Below, piece by piece: positions 1-5,667 of a DNA stretch of 11,552 nucleotides. This DNA is from Candidatus Bathyarchaeota archaeon RBG_16_48_13 (GTDB lineage Archaea > Thermoproteota > Bathyarchaeia > RBG-16-48-13). Each line of letters begins with the position of its first letter. Within the stretch, counting starts at the first letter, position 1. Where the stretch lies: the NCBI GenBank assembly GCA_001775995.1, contig MEZH01000009.1, positions 1 to 11,552 of the forward strand, written 5' to 3'. The notes under the pieces are model-generated. The model searched no databases. It was not told the DNA's origin and saw only the letters and a program-made list of their open reading frames with translations. The position numbers and the translations under genes were made by a program.

Positions 1-700
1 TCCAGTAGGGGTGAACCTGCTTGTCCACCTTGGTGAGCCGCATCTTTAGTATCTGAATCCCATTCGTCAACGCGCCCTTGACGTTGAGAGAGTGAAGCAC
101 GATCGCGCCGTCCGTCAGGTACTGTTCTGGCTGGAAAAGGGTTCCAGTCAACTCGGACGTCAGTATGGACGTGCAGTTGGTCTGCCTCAGGTCGTTGAGG
201 ATCTTCATGATCTCCAGCCTAGCGGAGAACCTGTTTTGCATTTGCATCGTGACCGTAGTCAACGGGTCAACGACTATCCTCTTAGCTCCTATCTCTTTTG
301 CTATGTCCTTGATGAAGGCTGTTGTGCCCATGGGCTTCAATTCCATGAACTCGCTCGGGATCATCTCTATCAACCTGAACTTGCTCTCGGGCAGCTCCTC
401 CAACCTCCAGTTGAACCTCCTGGCAGTCTCCAGCAAGTGCAACTTGGGCTCGTCAAGGGTAACGAATATGCTCGGCTCGTCAAATTCCGTTACCCCCCGG
501 TAAACATACTGAAGCGCAAAGATCGTTTTTCCGGATCCTGGAGCCCCAGCTACCAATACCGACCTTCCCTTGGGGAACCCGCCCTCAATGAGTTGGTCTA
601 GGCCTTCAATGCCCGTCTTCACCCGCTGGATTATTCCTTCAGTCTTAGCGATCTTACTCTCCTTACTCATCTTCCTCAGCACCCCTAGACTTTGACCCAT
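1..700 (-). CDS. KaiC/RAD55/GvpD-family RecA-superfamily ATPase, single domain, 3' end outside the window (not in the ORF track)
   Basis: My manual translation from ATG 700 is open to the window edge: MGQSLGVLRKMSKESKIAKTEGIIQRVKTGIEGLDQLIEGGFPKGRSVLVAGAPGSGKTIFALQYVYRG...IFVTLDEP...KRIVVDPLT...EQYLTDGAIVL...IQILKMRLTKVDKQVHPYW. It has Walker A GAPGSGKT (547-524), Walker B RIVVD and the KaiC-type KMR motif. An alternative start at ATG 670 is preceded by GGGGTG/GAGG. Confidence 0.93.
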   Translation of the reverse strand, partial: MGQSLGVLRKMSKESKIAKTEGIIQRVKTGIEGLDQLIEGGFPKGRSVLVAGAPGSGKTIFALQYVYRGVTEFDEPSIFVTLDEPKLHLLETARRFNWRLEELPESKFRLIEMIPSEFMELKPMGTTAFIKDIAKEIGAKRIVVDPLTTVTMQMQNRFSARLEIMKILNDLRQTNCTSILTSELTGTLFQPEQYLTDGAIVLHSLNVKGALTNGIQILKMRLTKVDKQVHPYW

Positions 701-711
701 TCTGCTCGCTC

Positions 712-948
712 TCACGAAATTCTCGGCGGCTGAATATTATTCTTCAACCCGGTCGTGAATCTATCTGGGAGAACGTAACCCTTCGGAAGGGCCTGCCTCT
801 CTTTCAACTCCTTCACGACTAGATTGCGGAGCCACTCGGAAGGAGTAAGACCCTCGGTCTGAGCTTCCTGAAATACAGACTCCTTGATGGCGAATGTAAC
901 TCGTGTGCTCAGGAACCCTTCCTTTACGCTCCCCTCTCTCTTAGGCAT
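712..948 (-). CDS. Ribbon-helix-helix (CopG/MetJ/Arc-like) DNA-binding protein
   Basis: 78 aa. FLSTRV (beta strand with alternating hydrophobics), TFAIKESVFQEAQTEG (helix A ending in Gly) and LTPSEWLRNLVVKEL (helix B with the typical G-x-S/T-x-S-E-hh-R pattern). Co-oriented between the two KaiC-like genes, ending 11 nt before ATG 700. Confidence 0.75.
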   Translation of the reverse strand: MPKREGSVKEGFLSTRVTFAIKESVFQEAQTEGLTPSEWLRNLVVKELKERQALPKGYVLPDRFTTGLKNNIQPPRIS

Positions 949-970
949 CTTTGTTTACCCCCACATCTAT

Positions 971-1013
971 TTTCAATTTAACGCATGAAACTAGGATCTC
1001 CAACGTGTTTCAT
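971..1013 (-). promoter_or_regulatory. Candidate TATA-like box (TTAAAT, 981-976) for the RHH gene with an adjacent 7-bp inverted repeat ATGAAAC-N15-GTTTCAT (985-1013)
   Basis: The repeat arms are read directly from the sequence. The AT-rich box lies about 30 nt upstream of ATG 948, with a GGGGGT SD-like run in between. Function is inferred. Confidence 0.35.
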
Positions 1014-1021
1014 TTCCTCTC

Positions 1022-1726
1022 CTACGGTTTTCTCATCTTTGTCAGATCCAGTAACGTGAATCCCTTTTTCGAAATCTCATATTCGTAGGTGGACTTGGAG
1101 TGGTTCGTGCCCCTCATCTTGATTATGTTGAACGTTCTCCTCAGAGTCCCCTCCTCGTCGAAGTAGGTCTCGAGATGGAGAATTCCGTCAGCCATGAATT
1201 CCGCTACCCTCTCGCCTATGGCGGTAGAGCCCCACGGCTGGTCTATGATGAAGAGGGACATGCAGTTCGATTTCTTGAGGAACCTGTAGAACAGATGGAT
1301 CATGACTCGTGAGTCAATGTATTCCTTCAAAGCCATGCTTATCGCGGTAAAGGAGTCGATGACCAAGATCGACGCCTTGAAATTGCTCATGGTCTCCATG
1401 ATTGAGTTGAGGTTCGTCTGGATGCCTGCCTCCCTTGTCACGGCGAGATCAAGCACAGCCACTCTTCGTTCCCTCTCGAGCCTCTCGAAATCCCATTCGA
1501 ACCTGAGCATGTTGCTGAAGAACGTGTCCTTCGTCTCGGCAAAGCATGCATAAACGCTCTTAACCCCCGACTTCACGGCTCCGTTGTAAACGAATTGGCC
1601 TGCCAGGGTCGATTTTCCAGCCCCCGGGTGTCCAACAACTAGAACCATGCTATCCGTGGGGAACCCGCCCTCGATCAAGGAATCCAGTTTTGAGATCCCT
1701 GTTGGTACTCTCTGGATTGCACTCAT
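1022..1726 (-). CDS. KaiC/RAD55/GvpD-family RecA-superfamily ATPase, single domain
   Basis: 234 aa. QRVPTGISKLDSLIEGGFP N-terminal signature, Walker A GHPGAGKS, FAET at the catalytic-Glu strand, Walker B LVIDSFT, AEFMADGILHL and IIKMRGTNH. Confidence 0.95.
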   Translation of the reverse strand: MSAIQRVPTGISKLDSLIEGGFPTDSMVLVVGHPGAGKSTLAGQFVYNGAVKSGVKSVYACFAETKDTFFSNMLRFEWDFERLERERRVAVLDLAVTREAGIQTNLNSIMETMSNFKASILVIDSFTAISMALKEYIDSRVMIHLFYRFLKKSNCMSLFIIDQPWGSTAIGERVAEFMADGILHLETYFDEEGTLRRTFNIIKMRGTNHSKSTYEYEISKKGFTLLDLTKMRKP

Positions 1727-1781
1727 TCTCCAACAACCGTTATCTTGTTGTGTATCTTCTGTAGTACTTTTCCCTAAGGAT

Positions 1782-1790
1782 TATTTATAA
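1782..1790 (-). promoter_or_regulatory. Candidate TATA box (TTATAAATA on the minus strand) for the KaiC-like gene at 1726
   Basis: Good match to the archaeal TTTAWA/TATAAA-type box, about 56-64 nt upstream of the ATG in a 282-nt divergent intergenic region. Confidence 0.4.
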
Positions 1791-2008
1791 TACTTATGTA
1801 TTGCGGGTATATACTGGGCATAATCTCCGCGTGTGAATTTCCGCAATTAGCGCGGGCGAGTCTTTGCACATTTTTCTGTCAACATTATTCGATGTCTACC
1901 AATGATCACCCAGAAGTGACAAGAAGATCACAAATGTGTTACATATATCTCCGCAAAGACGATAAGAGGACCTTTCACCCAAAGAAGTTATCCTAGGAAG
2001 AGCACTTA

Positions 2009-4042
2009 ATGGTATACTCAGACCCCAAAAAAAGGGGTGACGCTGTCCCAGGTGACATACCTGCGGACGAAATCGACGATTTGCATAGAAGATTTAATGT
2101 TAACCTTTCGGGGGTTGCGGATAGTTTGCCCGCCAAGAAGGGGGCAGTCAAGTATGACGAATGGGCAGAATACACTTCTAAGTTTGTCACGGCGACGACA
2201 GGAAACACCCAGCGGGAGACAGGCGCTGAGGGAAGTCTTGAACCAAGCCAGTCAGAGGCCAGCCCTGAGACCTACGACGTCGTCTCCGCCTTGAGCGACA
2301 TAGAGGAACGGACGCGAACTGAAGCTAGGTCAAGGGCTTCCACAGCGGAAATCAGGCAAGTAGTGGGAAACATCCTGATCCCAGACCACTCAGTGGTTAA
2401 CGATTCTTTGGTTGTTGATGGGAAGCTGAGGGTTGGGAAGGGTTCGCACATCCACGGCAGTCTCAAAGCCCAAAGGGGGATTGAGATCGGTGAGAGGGTC
2501 ACAATCGATGGCCACGTCCTCTCTGAGGGGCCAATTCTCATCGGGAAGAACAGCAAGGTAAACGGAATGGTCGATTCCTCTGACGACATCATGCTTGATG
2601 AGAACGCCACTGCGGAGGGAGTTTTCACCGACAAGACGATCATGCTCAGACCGGGGGCGAAGATCAACAGGAAGATTTCATCGGGCAGATTCGGTGCTCC
2701 TGCGAAGGCGCAATTCAGGGCGCCCGGCGAAGCTGTATTCAATCTGCCTGCATCGCGTACTTCTAAGTATGAGATCCCTGCTGACTTAGACGAGGCAACT
2801 GCAAAAAGCTCGATGGGGGCATCCTCTATTCGTTGGGGGGTGTTGACTCATGAGGATCAACCCCCATCACGTGTCAATTCCGAGGAATACCTAAGCGATC
2901 TATTTAGGTCGGCCCCTCAGCTGCGCCGGGGAATGGAGCGCCGCTTTCGAAGAACATTCGCTATCCCTTTCGAGACGCCTGAACTTGGTGGCGAACACCT
3001 CTTCATCTATGCGCCAGTGAGACAAGGAAAGACGTTCCTGGTCAAGAACTTCGTCATCCCGGGACTGAGAGCGAGAAGAAGGATTATCACCATCGATTCG
3101 AACAGTGAATACCAATTCCAGCAATACGCAATAAATTACGACAGAACTATCCCCGACATCGAAAACGATCTAGTGAAGTCGTTTGTGACATTCAAAGTGA
3201 GGACCGACGTCGACAACATCGTTAGGGACGCAATCTTCAGGGTGGTCACGGACGAGGATAACGTCTCCATAGTCCTCAACATAACGGATGGCAACTGTGA
3301 GAAGATGATAGTCAGCGAGTTCCTGAGGCGATTGACTCAAGTCAAGTGGAGTGAGCCGGTCCTGGTCGTGGTCGAAGACGCGGACAAGTACGATCTGGTC
3401 AGCCTCGTTACTAGGGGAAGCTATTCAAATATACAGGCGGTCTTCACAAGCTGGAGAAGACTGATACCCGATATCCTGTATAATGTGCGTTTGGTCTTGG
3501 GGAGGGTCAGGCCGGAGCTCATCGAAGAGTATGACTCGGACGCTGCAGAGGCAGTAGCTGAGCTCGAGAGATACGAGTTTCTCTGGGAGAAGGGGCACCA
3601 TCAATGGATCAGGTTCAAGCTCGAGGCAGAACCCGAGATCCCATCCAAGCAACCTCTGCCTGTAACGAAACCCAAACCAGAGGATGTAATGATCCGGAGA
3701 TCGGAAGGAAAGTCCACAAGCCCGATTATGGAACCCCCTCAGGCGACGCCCCGGGAACAGCCCAAGACGGAAAGGGTAGCGCCCTTGTCAAAAGAGGAGT
3801 TTGGGAAGCAACCAGGTGAAGAGGGAAGAGGAAAGCCTCCCGAGGGTGCTGTCAGACCAGAGATGACCAAGAAGGAGGCGAAGGTGGTCAGGTTCAAGAC
3901 CATTGGCTACGATGATACTGAGATCGGCCTGCGATTGTTCATGGACCCAGTGGAGGTCGGAAATATCCTCCTAGGTCTTAAAGAGAGAGGCCTCTACGAT
4001 AGCGACATCAAAACAAAAGACGATGAGAAAAAGGAGATCTAG
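2009..4042 (+). CDS. Multidomain protein: bactofilin-like (polymer-forming) beta-helix, FtsK/HerA-like P-loop ATPase (degenerate), low-complexity linker and C-terminal HTH
   Basis: aa 116-226 carry about 18-aa repeats (LRVGKGSHIHGSL / IEIGERVTIDGHV / ILIGKNSKVNGMV / IMLDENATAEGV / IMLRPGAKINRKI). aa 329-540 contain HLFIYAPVRQGKT, IITIDSNSEY, VLVVVEDAD and TRGSYSNIQAVFTSWR. aa 541-618 are P/E/K-rich. aa 619-662 are MTKKEAKVVRFKTIGYDDTEIGLRLFMDPVEVGNILLGLKERGL. Confidence 0.8.
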   Translation: MVYSDPKKRGDAVPGDIPADEIDDLHRRFNVNLSGVADSLPAKKGAVKYDEWAEYTSKFVTATTGNTQRETGAEGSLEPSQSEASPETYDVVSALSDIEERTRTEARSRASTAEIRQVVGNILIPDHSVVNDSLVVDGKLRVGKGSHIHGSLKAQRGIEIGERVTIDGHVLSEGPILIGKNSKVNGMVDSSDDIMLDENATAEGVFTDKTIMLRPGAKINRKISSGRFGAPAKAQFRAPGEAVFNLPASRTSKYEIPADLDEATAKSSMGASSIRWGVLTHEDQPPSRVNSEEYLSDLFRSAPQLRRGMERRFRRTFAIPFETPELGGEHLFIYAPVRQGKTFLVKNFVIPGLRARRRIITIDSNSEYQFQQYAINYDRTIPDIENDLVKSFVTFKVRTDVDNIVRDAIFRVVTDEDNVSIVLNITDGNCEKMIVSEFLRRLTQVKWSEPVLVVVEDADKYDLVSLVTRGSYSNIQAVFTSWRRLIPDILYNVRLVLGRVRPELIEEYDSDAAEAVAELERYEFLWEKGHHQWIRFKLEAEPEIPSKQPLPVTKPKPEDVMIRRSEGKSTSPIMEPPQATPREQPKTERVAPLSKEEFGKQPGEEGRGKPPEGAVRPEMTKKEAKVVRFKTIGYDDTEIGLRLFMDPVEVGNILLGLKERGLYDSDIKTKDDEKKEI

Positions 4043-4486
4043 AATTCTCCTGGACAAGGAGAGGTTTCATCGGCAAATCCTCCACAGCAGGCGAGCGCCG
4101 CAAATAAGGGCAGGAACTCGATTAAGCGCCAAGGACAGCAAGAAGAGCTCGGAGATAGATAACCATCACGTGAAAATAACGCAATATCATTCGAAACTCG
4201 AAGCGAGCTTATCCTTTTCCCACCGCCGATGAGGAATATCTGAGACGGAGGGAGCAAGCATTAAGAAATCGAATGGAAAAGCTTTGAAGATATATCTTGA
4301 TTATTGCTCAGGCGTCCGGCTTGTCTCAGCTCTATTGAATCTCTCGTTGGACGCTCATCGGTTACAATGTTCCTAGCTGGACCCTGGCGGTTCTGATGTT
4401 GTCATTGGTCGTGATGCTCTGGATTCTGAAAAGAGAAGTCGCGATCGAGATAGACAGGAAAGAAGGCTGACCTCTGCTTCTCAGTT

Positions 4487-4511
4487 GTCCCATGAAGCTT
4501 TTTTATGGGAC
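4487..4511. other. Stem-loop GTCCCATGAA-GCTT-TTTATGGGAC (10-bp stem with one G-U pair); terminator or operator candidate
   Basis: The arms GTCCCAT (4487-4493) and ATGGGAC (4505-4511) are perfect, and pairing extends inward. It lies in the non-coding gap upstream of the polysaccharide cluster. Confidence 0.35.
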
Positions 4512-4650
4512 TTTGGGATGTATCTGCTCTTCATAAACTATTAATAATCATCAGAATTCAAGTTCATATTCTTCTTGCATTGGATGGCCAGCCCAGCGGA
4601 ATCGCTGGGCATATGTGTGTCTGCCTTTGTAGAAGTAAGGTCGATGAAAC

Positions 4651-5541
4651 TTGGCGACCCGGCTTACCGCAATCCTGCTGAGCCTTTTGATGATTTTTGC
4701 AGTGGTGGATTCCATTCAATTCGTCGAGATTGCAGACCTATCAGGCAGATTGTCCGATGCTTCAGAATCTCAGGGCAACCTCTCCCGTCTGGAATCGGAG
4801 CTGGACAGGTTAAGATTGGATCTGGACGAAATTAGACGTTCCATGAAGCCTCCCCTTCTTGCGATACGCATTGATGATGTGCAGGACTACTACCAAAACA
4901 ACGCCACAATCTTCCTCCTTCAATACGCTGCTGACGAAGGCATTCCGTTGAACCTGGCTATTATACCAAAATACTTTGGTTTGGACCAGAAGGTCGTCGG
5001 AGCAGTCGTCTCTGCGATTCAAAATGGCTCAATGGTAATGGTTCACGGTTGGGAACATGAAGAGCTGGAGCAGTTTTCTGAAGCTGAGCAGGAAAAGAGA
5101 ATGCTGGACGGCAAAAACCGTTTGCTGGAGATCCTCGGCTGCGAATCCACAATACTAGTTCCCCCAATCTACAGCTTCAACAACGACACAATTCTGGCAA
5201 TGTCTAGAACTGGGCTCACAACTATCTCAACCTATATTGATGATCAGGATCCCGGGCTCGTCGACCACGGAATCCTGAGTGTTCCTGCCACAGTGGAAAT
5301 GTCCATTTTGGTCAATGGATCCTGGTATACCAAGAGCTTGGATGAACTTTACGATGAGGTCGTCGAAAGCATCGGAGTATACGGTTACGCGGTCATCCTC
5401 ACGCATCCCGAGGAATTCGTGACCGACGGAAGGATCGATCAAGAAAAAATCTTCACATTTGAAGTTCTCATTGATCGTCTCCAGATATATTACGCCTTCA
5501 CAACCTTCGATGAAATTGAGGCAATTGTAAGGTCATCTTAA
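4651..5541 (+). CDS. Membrane-anchored/secreted polysaccharide deacetylase (NodB/CE4 fold, DUF2334-like), catalytic residues intact
   Basis: TTG start, N-terminal hydrophobic segment, Leu-heptad coiled coil (aa about 28-64), then LAIRIDDV (motif 1, D75/D76), VHGWEH (metal ligands H132/H136), ILVPP (motif 3) and VILTHP (motif 5). Confidence 0.85.
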   Translation: MATRLTAILLSLLMIFAVVDSIQFVEIADLSGRLSDASESQGNLSRLESELDRLRLDLDEIRRSMKPPLLAIRIDDVQDYYQNNATIFLLQYAADEGIPLNLAIIPKYFGLDQKVVGAVVSAIQNGSMVMVHGWEHEELEQFSEAEQEKRMLDGKNRLLEILGCESTILVPPIYSFNNDTILAMSRTGLTTISTYIDDQDPGLVDHGILSVPATVEMSILVNGSWYTKSLDELYDEVVESIGVYGYAVILTHPEEFVTDGRIDQEKIFTFEVLIDRLQIYYAFTTFDEIEAIVRSS

Positions 5542-5667
5542 GGATACTCGTGCCCAATGCCAGAGTTGGATCCGTCAATCCTTCATGGAATTTCCCGTCA
5601 GTGTCTGTCTCACTTATGACACACACGGGCAGAAATAGCTTCCGAACCCATCACTTCTGGGATCCAG

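Noticed and set aside
92-601. Track ORFs 92-601 and 165-503 (+)
   Set aside because: They are antisense shadows of the KaiC-like gene at 700 to <1 and have no recognisable motifs.
571-1672. Exact 16-nt repeat TGGGGAACCCGCCCTC at 571-586 and 1657-1672
   Set aside because: Both copies encode the conserved EGGFP motif of the two KaiC paralogs, so coding constraint explains it.
1-1726. Circadian clock (kaiABC-type oscillator)
   Set aside because: Both ATPases are single-domain and lack the S431/T432-equivalent phosphosites (E-F and Q-Y instead), and no KaiA or KaiB gene is in the window.
1796-2208. Track ORFs 1796-1996 (+) and 1993-2208 (-)
   Set aside because: One spans the divergent promoter region and the other is antisense to the 677-aa gene. 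Neither has a protein-like signature.
2354-2686. Hexapeptide-repeat acyltransferase call for the beta-helix
   Set aside because: Only about one hexapeptide in three fits [LIV][GAED]xx[STAV]x well, and I see no catalytic His context. The G-x-h-x-x-x-G-x-h-x-h pattern fits bactofilin-like repeats better. Not fully excluded without structure prediction.
2993-3628. Provirus or conjugative element, suggested by the packaging/VirB4-like ATPase
   Set aside because: No integrase, capsid, pilin, att repeats or tRNA target is seen, and the domain is fused within a larger protein.
4023-4257. Track ORFs 4023-4232 (+) and 4039-4257 (-)
   Set aside because: They are short, mutually overlapping, of atypical composition and without motifs.
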